Of a stretch of DNA of 24,000 nt, positions 1-8,102 are shown one piece after another. The stretch is taken from NCBI RefSeq assembly GCF_013141695.1, contig NZ_WHNY01000067.1, positions 311,107 to 335,106 on the forward strand. Reading direction: 5' to 3'. Under the pieces are notes generated by a model. The model saw only the letters and a list, made by a program, of their open reading frames with translations, was not told the DNA's origin and did not search any database. The first letter of the stretch is position 1, and each line of letters begins with the position of its first letter. Position numbers and translations under genes: made by a program. This stretch comes from Paenibacillus plantarum (GTDB taxonomy: Bacteria; Bacillota; Bacilli; Paenibacillales; NBRC-103111).

Positions 1-1
1 G

Positions 2-400
2 TTGAAAGAGTTGCAGGACCGTAAGATGAAATGGGACAATATGAAAAAGAGGCAACCCATTCTATCGATCGCGACAGGAGCTATTTTACTCATCGTCATT
101 TATATGTTATATCGACAAGTCATCGTACGTTCGAGCGGTAACGCCATCATGATATTGGATTTACTTATTTCGAATAAACTGTTATGCGGCTTGTTGCTCG
201 CATGTATTACGCTGTTTCTGTATGCTTCTAATCGGTCGCGTGAGACGGAGAAAGCGAAGGGTAAATATGAAGATTTACGTATAGAAGCGATTGAACGTTT
301 GGAAGCTTCCTGGTTGAAAGATGTGAAGTCAGAAGCAAGGGATCAAATTTCGAGCTTCCTTTCCAAGGAACATGATATTAATATAGTCTATAAGAATTGA
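2..400 (+). CDS. small membrane protein, YpbF/DUF2663-like (may be 5'-truncated by the window edge)
   Basis: The ORF starts at the window edge (TTG at 2, internal ATG at 26). It has two hydrophobic segments followed by a charged helical tail ending KEHDINIVYKN, which resembles Bacillus YpbF-type proteins as I recall them. The next gene starts 30 nt downstream. Confidence 0.6.
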   Translation: MKELQDRKMKWDNMKKRQPILSIATGAILLIVIYMLYRQVIVRSSGNAIMILDLLISNKLLCGLLLACITLFLYASNRSRETEKAKGKYEDLRIEAIERLEASWLKDVKSEARDQISSFLSKEHDINIVYKN

Positions 401-430
401 TTTGATAGAGTAGGGGAGCGCGGAATACAG

Positions 431-1039
431 ATGAGATATATTTGTCGCTACACAGATGAAGTTAGTCGTGTGAAATGGGAAGATGTACAAGTTAGTTACT
501 TGCGTGACGTGGTGTCGGCGGATGCACCGAGACTGGAAACTCGCTTTCGCGCATGCTGGACTGCAGATAGTCTGCACATTCGATACGAATGTGAGGATGA
601 TCATGTGGTGTCGACGATGACACGGCGTGACGAGCCTCTCTATGAGGAAGACGTCGTAGAGGTGTTCCTCGACCCATTTGGCGGTGGCACGACCTACTAC
701 GAGTTTGAAATAAGCCCGCGTGGCGTCTTATTCGATGCGTTGATACATAATAGGCTGGATGGAAACAAGGATGTCGTTACCTCGTGGATAGCGGAGGGAT
801 TCCAAGCAGAAGTCACGAAGGGTATTGATGACGGTTGGCTTGTCTATGATGTGCGGATTCCATTTGCGGATTTAGATGAGGCAGGTGTGCCACATGCCGG
901 AGCGGTCTGGCATTGGAATGTTTTCCGTATCGATGATGACCGCGATGGCGTTCGGCATTACTCTGCCTGGTCGCCTACAGGGCTCGTCAATTTCCATGTT
1001 CCTCAGCAATTTGGAGAGCTCGTGTTTGTGAAGGAATAG
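431..1039 (+). CDS. carbohydrate-binding family 9 (CBM9/DOMON-like) domain protein
   Basis: ATG at 431 is preceded by GGGGAG. The 202-aa product has no signal peptide. Motifs such as YEEDVVEVFLDP, YYEFEISPRG and WNVFRID..YSAWSPTG are typical of the CBM9-like fold. Confidence 0.7.
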   Translation: MRYICRYTDEVSRVKWEDVQVSYLRDVVSADAPRLETRFRACWTADSLHIRYECEDDHVVSTMTRRDEPLYEEDVVEVFLDPFGGGTTYYEFEISPRGVLFDALIHNRLDGNKDVVTSWIAEGFQAEVTKGIDDGWLVYDVRIPFADLDEAGVPHAGAVWHWNVFRIDDDRDGVRHYSAWSPTGLVNFHVPQQFGELVFVKE

Positions 1040-1097
1040 ACTCATGGTCCTAGAAAGGTACCCTTCGGGACGAATGGCTTCCCTATGATCACCGCGT

Positions 1098-1281
1098 TAG
1101 TCCGGAAATGCCGAATTAATCTCACGTTTCGCATCCTTACAATGGTAATAGTCCGAAATAGCCTAACTAAATCGCCCTAAATACCGCTTCGGCGGGAAAA
1201 AAGGGGGGATAAGTCGGTGAAATCGGACTATTGGTCTTTTGTAGCAAGGAATTCCCGATTTAGTTCGGAGATATCGGACTA
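1098..1281. repeat. symmetric four-block repeat module (two direct plus two inverted copies of a TAGTCCGA-type 25-nt block, 51-bp phasing)
   Basis: Blocks lie at 1098-1121 and 1149-1173 (direct) and at 1208-1230 and 1257-1281 (inverted). Both pairs are symmetric about 1189.5, the centre of the CCGC-TTCG-GCGG hairpin at 1184-1195. Confidence 0.8.
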
Positions 1282-1295
1282 AATAGACTGATGTG

Positions 1296-1510
1296 AATAC
1301 CAAATTTATCACTCACTATCCACCTACTTACCATCCACCTCCAACAAGCTACTCTCTACCTAACATAGCAATCCCATTTCACACTCCAACAAGCTACTCT
1401 CTACTTAGAAATTCCCTGCCACCTACTCCAACAAACTACTCCTTCCTAGTATTCCTCTGCCAACCACGCTAACCAGCCACTCTATTCCTATCAATTCCGT
1501 GCAATCCCTA
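1296..1510 (+). repeat. G-depleted C/A/T-rich degenerate tandem repeat tract
   Basis: I hand-counted about 11 G in about 215 nt on the + strand. TCCAACAAGCTACTCTCTAC-like units start at 1340, 1385 and 1427, giving periods of 45 and 42 nt. Confidence 0.7.
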
Positions 1511-1729
1511 AAAATCGACTTAGAGACGTCGCAAAACCAATCTGCGCCTGTGTAAGTCGAAAAAATCGACTTAGAGGCCTCCCAAAACTAATCTGCGCCT
1601 GTGTAAGTCGAAAAAATCGACTTAGAGGTCTCGCAAAACCAATCTGCGCCTGTGTAAGTCGAAAAAATCGACTTAAAGGCCTCGCGAAACCAATTTACGC
1701 TTGTGTAAGTCGAAAAAATCGACTTACAC
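1510..1729. repeat. 51-bp tandem repeat array (about 4.3 units), each unit carrying a TAAGTCGA-A5/6-TCGACTTA hairpin
   Basis: TCGACTTA recurs at 1515, 1566, 1617, 1668 and 1719, an exact 51-bp period. The last copy has an 11-bp perfect stem (GTGTAAGTCGA/TCGACTTACAC, 1703-1729), 17 nt from the rocD stop. Confidence 0.9.
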
Positions 1730-1745
1730 GGCCCACAACGACAAC

Positions 1746-2945
1746 TCACTCTACGCGCAACACTTCGTGTAGCTGCTGCCAAGCCCAATCCAGCTCATCC
1801 TTCGTGATGACCAGGGGAGGCGCCAAACGGATGATATGTTCGTGTGTTTCCTTGCACAGCAGGCCTTTATCCTTCAATGCTTCGCAGAATGGGCGGGCCG
1901 GGACGGTCAAATCGATCCCGATGAATAAGCCGCGGCCGCGAATCTCCTGAATGAGCGGATTCTCGATTTCCTGAAGCCGCTTCAGGAAATAAGCCCCAAG
2001 CGTATCGGAACGCTCTGCGAGCTGTTCCTGCTCCAACACCTCAAGTGCAGCAATTCCGACGGCGCAGCCGAGCGGGTTGCCGCCGAACGTCGAGCCGTGC
2101 GAGCCCGGCTCGAACACCTCAAGGACTTCACGATCTCCGGCCACAGCCGAGATCGGAAAAACACCGCCGCCAAGTGCTTTGCCCAGCACATACAGGTTCG
2201 GCGTGACGCCTTCCCAGTCGCTGGCAAAGCGGCGGCCCGTGCGGCCGAATCCCGTCTGGATTTCGTCCGCGACGAACAGAACCTGATTCGCCTTGCAGAG
2301 CTCATAGCTTTCCCGCAGAAACCCTTCCTGCGGGATCACAATGCCGGCTTCGCCCTGAATGGGCTCCACAATAAACCCGGCGGTGTTCGGCCCAATCGCC
2401 TCCCGCAGCGCATCGACATCGCCGTATGGAATCATCCGGAAGCCTGGCGTGAACGGCCCGAAACCTCGTTTGTATTCCGGAGACGAGGAGAAAGAGGTGA
2501 TGGTCACGGTACGACCGTGGAAGTTACCCTCACAGACAATAATCTCCGCCTGATTCTCCGGAATCCCTTTCACATCGTAGCCCCACCTTCGGACGGCTTT
2601 GACAGCTGTTTCAACCGCTTCTGCCCCCGTATTCATAGGTAATATCAGGGGTTTACCCGTATATAGCGCCAATTTCTCATAGAACTGCCCAAGGATCTCA
2701 CTATGAAAGGCCCTAGAAGTCAAAGTAACCTTGCCTGCTTGTTCAACTAATGCGTTTATTATATGTGGATGACGATGTCCCTGATTCAGAGCGGAATACG
2801 CACTCAGCATGTCCATGTATCGTTGGCCTTCGGGATTTTCAACCCAAACGCCTTCGGCTTTGGAAATCACCAGCGGCAGCGGATTGTAATTACGTGCACC
2901 ATATTTCTCTGTTTGCTCAATAATCTTCGAGCTTTGTGTAGGCAT
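1746..2945 (-). CDS. rocD: ornithine--oxo-acid aminotransferase
   Basis: The product is collinear along its full length with B. subtilis RocD as I recall it ([18 protein letters not shown].., [45 protein letters not shown]). I chose the ATG at 2945 because GGGGAGGAAAA sits 3-4 nt upstream. The track ORF starts 7 codons earlier without an RBS. Confidence 0.95.
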   Translation of the reverse strand: MPTQSSKIIEQTEKYGARNYNPLPLVISKAEGVWVENPEGQRYMDMLSAYSALNQGHRHPHIINALVEQAGKVTLTSRAFHSEILGQFYEKLALYTGKPLILPMNTGAEAVETAVKAVRRWGYDVKGIPENQAEIIVCEGNFHGRTVTITSFSSSPEYKRGFGPFTPGFRMIPYGDVDALREAIGPNTAGFIVEPIQGEAGIVIPQEGFLRESYELCKANQVLFVADEIQTGFGRTGRRFASDWEGVTPNLYVLGKALGGGVFPISAVAGDREVLEVFEPGSHGSTFGGNPLGCAVGIAALEVLEQEQLAERSDTLGAYFLKRLQEIENPLIQEIRGRGLFIGIDLTVPARPFCEALKDKGLLCKETHEHIIRLAPPLVITKDELDWAWQQLHEVLRVE

Positions 2946-3180
2946 AAGTTTTCCTCCCCATAACATTTATCAAGGTTGTACTTCATTGTATTCTAGTATT
3001 AGCGTACGATGACTTCCTGAGTATATAATTGAAAAATAGGCGAGGATTTGCAAACTTAGCTATTCGGTGCATATCCCTCACTTTTAAGCTAAAAATAACC
3101 ATGTTAGTGGACTTATTGTCGTTCTGGGTTCAATCGAAGCTTTGGGAATGAAATATGAAGTGAAAAAGGATGGTAATCGA

Positions 3181-4599
3181 ATGACTTATCGCATCGAGAA
3201 AGACTTTTTAGGAGAAAAGCAAGTCCCCTCTCATGCCTACTATGGCATTCAAACGATGAGAGCAATTGAAAATTTCCCGATCACAGGTGTTACCATTCAT
3301 GTTGAGCTTATTACTGCGTTGGCGGAAGTGAAACGTGCAGCGGCGCAAGCGAATATGGATACCCATATGCTGCCTAAGAAAATTGGTGAAGCCCTAGTAC
3401 AAGCTGCTGAAGAAGTGAGTAGCGGTAAACTCTTAGAGGAATTTATCGTCGATTCCATTCAAGGCGGAGCTGGTACCTCCATCAATATGAATATGAACGA
3501 AGTGCTGGCCAATCGGTCCCTAGAGCTTTTAGGTGAGGAAAAAGGAAGTTACTTCCATTGTAACCCGAATAATCATGTGAACATGTCACAATCGACGAAT
3601 GATGTGATTCCAACAGCGATCAAAATAGCTGCCTACCGCTTGTCGGAGCAATTAATAGAAGCATTAACTTCCTTACAAAGCGCTTTCGCACGGAAAGAAA
3701 TTGAGTTTGATGATGTGATCAAAATGGGGAGAACCCATCTCCAAGATGCCGTGCCGATCCGAATGGGGCAGGAGTTTGGCGCCTATGCACGTGTATTGAT
3801 GCGTGATATCCAACGAATCAAGCAAGCGATGCGCGGACTTCTGATCGTCAATATGGGAGCTACAGCCGTAGGAACAGGGCTTAATGCCAAACCGGAGTAC
3901 GTCGAGCGAGTTATGTTTCATTTGAAATCAGCAGTTGGTATCCCAGTTGAAATTTCGGAGCATTTAGTCGACGGCACACAGAATATGGATGCGTACACAG
4001 AACTATCTGCATCGCTTAAAGTATGTGCGGTGAACCTCTCGAAAATATGCAATGATATCCGTATGATGGCTTCCGGGCCTCGCGCAGGATTAGGGGAACT
4101 GAAGCTGCCGCCAAGACAGCCAGGTTCGTCCATCATGCCTGGGAAAGTAAATCCGGTCATGCCGGAGGTCGTGAATCAAGTGGCTTTCCAGGTTATAGGT
4201 AACGATCATACGATTTGTTTGGCCTGTGAAGCAGGGCAGTTTGAGCTTAACGTGATGGGGCCAGTTCTTGCTTTTAATCTCTTGCAGTCCCTGAAAATAT
4301 TACGAAATGCGGCAAGTGTATTCGAACGCTTCGCAATTGAAGGCTTGGAAGCAGATCGCGAACGGTGTAAGAATTACGTAGAGCAAAGCTTCGGTATTGT
4401 AACCGCATTAAACCCGCATTTAGGTTACGAGGTTGCCGCGCAACTGGTTAAAGAGGCGGTACGTACAGGTCTTACCTTGAAAGAGCTGATTTTAGAAAGA
4501 GGACTGCTCACAACGGAAGAGATTGAGGAGATTCTGAATCCGATTCAGATGACAACGCCAGGTATTGCAGGCGATAGATTACTTCGTCCAGCAGACTAA
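3181..4599 (+). CDS. aspA: aspartate ammonia-lyase (aspartase)
   Basis: The product closely resembles B. subtilis AnsB / E. coli AspA (YRIEKDFLGEK, GGAGTSINMN, the SS-loop GSSIMPGKVNPV, MGRTHLQDAVPI). The ATG at 3181 follows AAGGATGG by 7 nt. ATG 3148 and TTG 3142 are alternative starts with weaker RBSs. Confidence 0.93.
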   Translation: MTYRIEKDFLGEKQVPSHAYYGIQTMRAIENFPITGVTIHVELITALAEVKRAAAQANMDTHMLPKKIGEALVQAAEEVSSGKLLEEFIVDSIQGGAGTSINMNMNEVLANRSLELLGEEKGSYFHCNPNNHVNMSQSTNDVIPTAIKIAAYRLSEQLIEALTSLQSAFARKEIEFDDVIKMGRTHLQDAVPIRMGQEFGAYARVLMRDIQRIKQAMRGLLIVNMGATAVGTGLNAKPEYVERVMFHLKSAVGIPVEISEHLVDGTQNMDAYTELSASLKVCAVNLSKICNDIRMMASGPRAGLGELKLPPRQPGSSIMPGKVNPVMPEVVNQVAFQVIGNDHTICLACEAGQFELNVMGPVLAFNLLQSLKILRNAASVFERFAIEGLEADRERCKNYVEQSFGIVTALNPHLGYEVAAQLVKEAVRTGLTLKELILERGLLTTEEIEEILNPIQMTTPGIAGDRLLRPAD

Positions 4600-4621
4600 G
4601 CAGTAGTCGTGCCATGACAAT

Positions 4622-4659
4622 ACCCCCGTCTCTATCAACAAGAGCGGGGGTTATTTGTG
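4622..4659. terminator. intrinsic terminator shared by the convergent aspA and arginase/VOC units
   Basis: The stem CCCCCG(t)CTCT / AGAGCGGGGG (4623-4633 / 4641-4650) has a 7-nt loop and is followed by TTATTTGTG on the + strand. Confidence 0.75.
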
Positions 4660-4664
4660 CCTCA

Positions 4665-5060
4665 TTATGCTGTTTTCTCATAAAACATGATTCGGTTTCC
4701 GAACGGATCAGTGACAGTCACTTCGCGGGTATGCCATGGTGTTTTTTCAATGCCTGGTCGGGAGAATTTGAATTTTTGTTCGAGTAAGCGAGTATGGAAA
4801 GCAGTAAGGTCTTCCATTTCTACGCGAATCGCCGCCCCTGGACTGCAGTCGCCATAATGCTCCGTTAAATGAATAACGAGTGATCCTAGGGTAACTTCCA
4901 TGTAGAGAGGCATATTGGGCTCGTAACGGTGCTCAAATCCTAGGGTGAAGCCTAAATAATCGAGATAGAATTCCTTGGCTTTTAGTTCATCAAAGATTCG
5001 AAAAAGTGCGGTTACTCCTTTGATCGTTGGTATGAGATTCACCTCCTGGGTCTCGCTCAT
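4665..5060 (-). CDS. VOC / glyoxalase-bleomycin-resistance fold protein
   Basis: The 131-aa product shows the beta-alpha-beta-beta-beta pattern (FYLDYLGF.., HL.E, TVTDPFGNRIMFYE) typical of glyoxalase/BLMA-like proteins. Its ATG overlaps the arginase stop (ATGA, 5057-5060). Confidence 0.8.
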   Translation of the reverse strand: MSETQEVNLIPTIKGVTALFRIFDELKAKEFYLDYLGFTLGFEHRYEPNMPLYMEVTLGSLVIHLTEHYGDCSPGAAIRVEMEDLTAFHTRLLEQKFKFSRPGIEKTPWHTREVTVTDPFGNRIMFYEKTA

Positions 5061-5974
5061 AAGATTTGCTCACCGAACAAGGAGCTGATTAGGCTGACAG
5101 CCAACTGGGAGGTTTTGTTGCTGTCATCGAGCAGCGGGTTCACTTCAACAAACTCGGCAGAAGTCACGATGCCAGCTTCATGCAGCATTTCCACAGCGAG
5201 ATGAGCTTCCCGGAAATGAAGTCCTCCTTTGACAGCAGTCCCCGTTCCTGGTGCCTCGATGGGGTCTACAGAGTCTACATCATAACTAAGATGAACGCCA
5301 TCTGTTTTTATTTTAATATAATCAATGGCTTCTTGCATCACATGAGCCATGCCTTTGCGGTCAATATCGTACATGGTAAAGCATTTGATACCTAGCGAAC
5401 GAATCAGCTTCTTCTCTCCTTCATCCAACGAGCGAGCGCCGATGAGTACGATATTTTCCGGCTTTACTTTGGGGTTAGTTCCATGTATATCCGTTAAAAG
5501 AGGATGCCCGATACCCAAACTGACCGCAAGCGACATGCCGTGTATATTACCAGATGGGCTTGTGTCCGGTGAATTTAGGTCTGAATGAGCATCAATCCAA
5601 ATGACCCCTAGGTTCGAATAATGAGCGGATAATCCTGCAATTGTGCCAATTGCTATGCTATGATCGCCGCCGATAATGAGTGGGAAATGACCTTGGCCGA
5701 CAACCTGAGATACTTGCTCGGCAAGCTGGGTATTAATGGCTATAACCTCAGCGAAGTAATTGAGATTGGTTGAATCTACTTGCGTATCTAAGTGAGTTGC
5801 TGTGTCATTCACAAGACGAAGATCAGCAACATGATCTACTGTATCGGCTAATTGCTGTAGTTCTTGAAGTAATCCTGCTTCAAAAATCGCCTTAGGTCCA
5901 TGGCTCGCACCTCGGCGGCCTGCCCCAAGATCAAAGTTGACACTGATAGCCGCGATGTTCGGTTTGATACTCAT
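5057..5974 (-). CDS. rocF: arginase
   Basis: The product is collinear with B. subtilis RocF (GGDHSIAIGT, IWIDAHSDLN, SPSGNIHGM, LSYDVDSVDP, SAEFVEVNP), and the Mn-binding DxHxD and GGDHS motifs are present. AAAAGGAG precedes the ATG. Confidence 0.95.
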   Translation of the reverse strand: MSIKPNIAAISVNFDLGAGRRGASHGPKAIFEAGLLQELQQLADTVDHVADLRLVNDTATHLDTQVDSTNLNYFAEVIAINTQLAEQVSQVVGQGHFPLIIGGDHSIAIGTIAGLSAHYSNLGVIWIDAHSDLNSPDTSPSGNIHGMSLAVSLGIGHPLLTDIHGTNPKVKPENIVLIGARSLDEGEKKLIRSLGIKCFTMYDIDRKGMAHVMQEAIDYIKIKTDGVHLSYDVDSVDPIEAPGTGTAVKGGLHFREAHLAVEMLHEAGIVTSAEFVEVNPLLDDSNKTSQLAVSLISSLFGEQIL

Positions 5975-6188
5975 CGGATCAACTCCTTTTGATTGGATGA
6001 CTAGACATAAATCCTCGAGCCTGTGCTCCTTTGACTAACATTCCCAATCTACATGTAACCATTCTTCTTTACTATATGAAGCTATATTTTCTTTGTTCGC
6101 TCGTTAATTCCTTTTTTATGTGAGGTAAAAACAAAACAAGCCGGGGCCCATTAAACAGCGCCTAGCTTGTTAATGGTGAAACCACGAT

Positions 6189-7934
6189 TCAATCGAATGG
6201 TGTTCGAACGTTAATCACTCTAGGGTCTGACAGGTGTTTGCATTCGCGGAATGCATAGTGTTTGCACCCTAGACATTGAGAGAGGTTAAGTTTCGTTAAT
6301 GCAAAGTTAACGGCATCGCCTGTGTTATCGAAAAAGTTTTTCTGTCCAATGGTTGCGTCCAAACCTGTTTTTTTCAACATGTGCCGAGGTTGCTTTGGTA
6401 ATTCGGAAATGATGACGTTGCAGGAATGATGGCTAAAGTGTTTAATAATCCGTGATAAATGGGCTGCTCCTGTTGTGTCCATATAGGGAACATTCCTCAT
6501 TTTCAACAATAATAATTTGGGGTTGGTATGGATTTCATCCATAATGGATTTCTCAAACGCATTTGCAACCCCAAAGAATAACGCGCCTTCCACGGTATAG
6601 ATACTAATTTGAGGGCAATTATGCTGCTCAGTAACGATATGTGCGGCTACATGTTCATGCTTATCAGATGGATTGGGCAAAACCTTAGCAGTACTAAGTA
6701 AGCCACTCATATGTTTGACAAATATAATAACAGACAGCAGTAACCCAACTTCTACTGCGGTTGTCAGATCCGTAAACACAGTAAGAAGAAAGGTAATAAG
6801 CAAAACGACTGAATCTGCCGTTTTGGTTTTTAAGACGTGAGCGAACTCTTTGCGTTCACTCATATTCCAAGCAACGACCATTAAGATCGGGGCCATACTT
6901 GCAAGTGGAATGCTTGAAGCAAAGGGAGCGAATAAGAGCAAGACCAGCAGCACGACAATGCCGTGGAAGATGCCGGAGAAAGGAGATTCTGCACCGCTCT
7001 TTATATTGGTTGCTGTTCGGGCAATAGCCCCGGTTGCAGGTATGCCGCCAAACAACGGCGTTATCATATTGGCGATACCTTGACCAATCAATTCCCTGTT
7101 GCTGTTATGCCTTGTTCTTGACATCCCGTCAGCAACGACAGCAGAGAGCAAGGATTCAATCCCGCCTAACATCGCGATGATAAGCGCGGGCTTTATTAGC
7201 AATTGGATACGTTCCATGGTTAGTTCAGGGAAGTGTACACTTGGCAAGCTATTCGGAATTGCGCCATAGGTTGACCCGATGGTTGCAACCTTGTCAGGAT
7301 AGAAGAGGGATGCGACAACCGCTGAAAGCAACAATCCCACTAAGGAGCCAGGAATTTTAGAGGACACGCGTGGTGTGAGTAGGATAAGGATCAGACAAAT
7401 TACAGCAGTCAGAATGCTGTACAGATTGATTGTAGAAATGTGAATGCCTAGTTCCTTCATATTGGAAAGAAATTCTTGGTGTTTTTGCAGATCATGCAGG
7501 CCAAGAAAATTGGCGATTTGTCCAGTGAAGATGGTAACGGCAATTCCTGTGGTAAAGCCGATCGTGACAGGACGTGGAATAAATTTGATGACCCCGCCTA
7601 ATTTAAAAATTCCCATGAATAGCAAAATAACGCCAGCCATAAAACCTGCGATAAGCAAGTTTTCGTACCCATATTGCATGACGATCGCGAAGAGGATGGG
7701 GATAAATGCGCCTGTCGGACCGCCAATTTGGAACTTGGAACCACCGAATAACGAAATGAGGATGCCCGCTACAAAAGTCGTGTATAACCCGTACTCAGGC
7801 TTTACGCCTGAAGCAATTGCAAACGCCATTCCTAATGGAATGGCGACAATTCCGACAATCAGACCTGAAACCAAGTCCTTTTGAAATTTTTTTCTATTGT
7901 AACCTTGGAATCTGCCTCTAAAAGAAAGTTTCAT
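6189..7934 (-). CDS. SulP family inorganic anion transporter with C-terminal STAS domain
   Basis: The multi-TM core carries SulP signatures (GLIVGIVAIPLGMAFAIASGV, GQGIANMITPLFGGIPATGAIARTA) and a STAS-like C-terminus. I chose the ATG at 7934 (GGTGGGA 7 nt upstream) over the track's TTG at 7949. Confidence 0.9.
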   Translation of the reverse strand: MKLSFRGRFQGYNRKKFQKDLVSGLIVGIVAIPLGMAFAIASGVKPEYGLYTTFVAGILISLFGGSKFQIGGPTGAFIPILFAIVMQYGYENLLIAGFMAGVILLFMGIFKLGGVIKFIPRPVTIGFTTGIAVTIFTGQIANFLGLHDLQKHQEFLSNMKELGIHISTINLYSILTAVICLILILLTPRVSSKIPGSLVGLLLSAVVASLFYPDKVATIGSTYGAIPNSLPSVHFPELTMERIQLLIKPALIIAMLGGIESLLSAVVADGMSRTRHNSNRELIGQGIANMITPLFGGIPATGAIARTATNIKSGAESPFSGIFHGIVVLLVLLLFAPFASSIPLASMAPILMVVAWNMSERKEFAHVLKTKTADSVVLLITFLLTVFTDLTTAVEVGLLLSVIIFVKHMSGLLSTAKVLPNPSDKHEHVAAHIVTEQHNCPQISIYTVEGALFFGVANAFEKSIMDEIHTNPKLLLLKMRNVPYMDTTGAAHLSRIIKHFSHHSCNVIISELPKQPRHMLKKTGLDATIGQKNFFDNTGDAVNFALTKLNLSQCLGCKHYAFRECKHLSDPRVINVRTPFD

Positions 7935-7954
7935 ATCGAATCCCACCAACTTAA

Positions 7955-7974
7955 ATATTTGATTATTTGAATAT
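7955..7974. promoter_or_regulatory. candidate ArsR-family operator O1 (before sulP)
   Basis: The site reads ATATTCAAATAATCAAATAT in gene sense. It is an imperfect dyad lying 7 nt downstream of the sulP -10 box and shares 17/20 and 18/20 positions with the sites at 8450-8469 and 8561-8580. Confidence 0.6.
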
Positions 7975-7981
7975 ATATAAA

Positions 7982-8010
7982 ATCATATATCTAAAACATA
8001 GGGGTGTCAA
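7982..8010 (-). promoter_or_regulatory. sigma-A-type promoter of the sulP gene
   Basis: On the minus strand TTGACA (8010-8005) is followed by a 17-nt spacer and TATGAT (7987-7982). Confidence 0.6.
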
Positions 8011-8038
8011 TTTGATATTTCTGCTAGGAAATAACAAT

Positions 8039-8081
8039 AAAAAAAGGAGATAAATCGAGAACAATGGACCCGATTCACTCC
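8039..8081 (-). terminator. intrinsic terminator after the arsR-like gene
   Basis: On the minus strand the hairpin GGAGtGAATCG...CGATTtatCTCC is followed by a T7 run (plus-strand A-run 8039-8045). It starts 22 nt after the stop at 8103. Confidence 0.75.
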
Positions 8082-8102
8082 TTTTTGTGAAAATAGAAGC
8101 AG

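Noticed and set aside
1510-1729. Possible CRISPR array, given regularly spaced palindromic repeats
   Set aside because: The segments between the palindromes are themselves homologous from unit to unit, so there are no unique spacers. The period is 51 bp, there are only about 4 units, and no cas genes are present. It is a tandem minisatellite.
1588-1788. 66-aa minus-strand ORF with repeated KSIFSTYT peptide
   Set aside because: It is just a translation of the 51-bp tandem repeat. It overlaps the rocD 3' end out of frame and has no RBS.
2077-2963. Several + strand ORFs (69-181 aa) inside rocD
   Set aside because: These are antisense shadow ORFs within a strongly supported, relatively GC-rich gene. 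Their products are Arg/Pro/Ser-rich and low in complexity, and none has an RBS.
3037-3052. Sigma-54-like -24/-12 element (TAGGCGAGGATTTGCA) upstream of aspA, by analogy to the B. subtilis roc operons
   Set aside because: The GG-to-GC spacing is one nucleotide short of the TGGCAC-N5-TTGCA geometry, which is normally invariant. No RocR-like activator gene is in the window.
6015-6100. 27-codon upstream ORF (MVTCRLGMLVKGAQARGFMSSHPIKRS) in the arginase leader on the minus strand
   Set aside because: It has only a weak A/G-rich stretch as an RBS and no conservation evidence is available from this window, so it is likely fortuitous.
6123-6171. Possible terminator after the SulP gene (AACAAGC...GCTTGTT followed by a T-rich run on the minus strand)
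   Set aside because: The stem is only 7 bp around a 23-nt poorly paired loop, which is too weak to call as a feature.
6850-7884. + strand ORFs of 77 and 146 aa inside the SulP gene
   Set aside because: They are antisense to a well-supported membrane transporter gene and have no translation signals.
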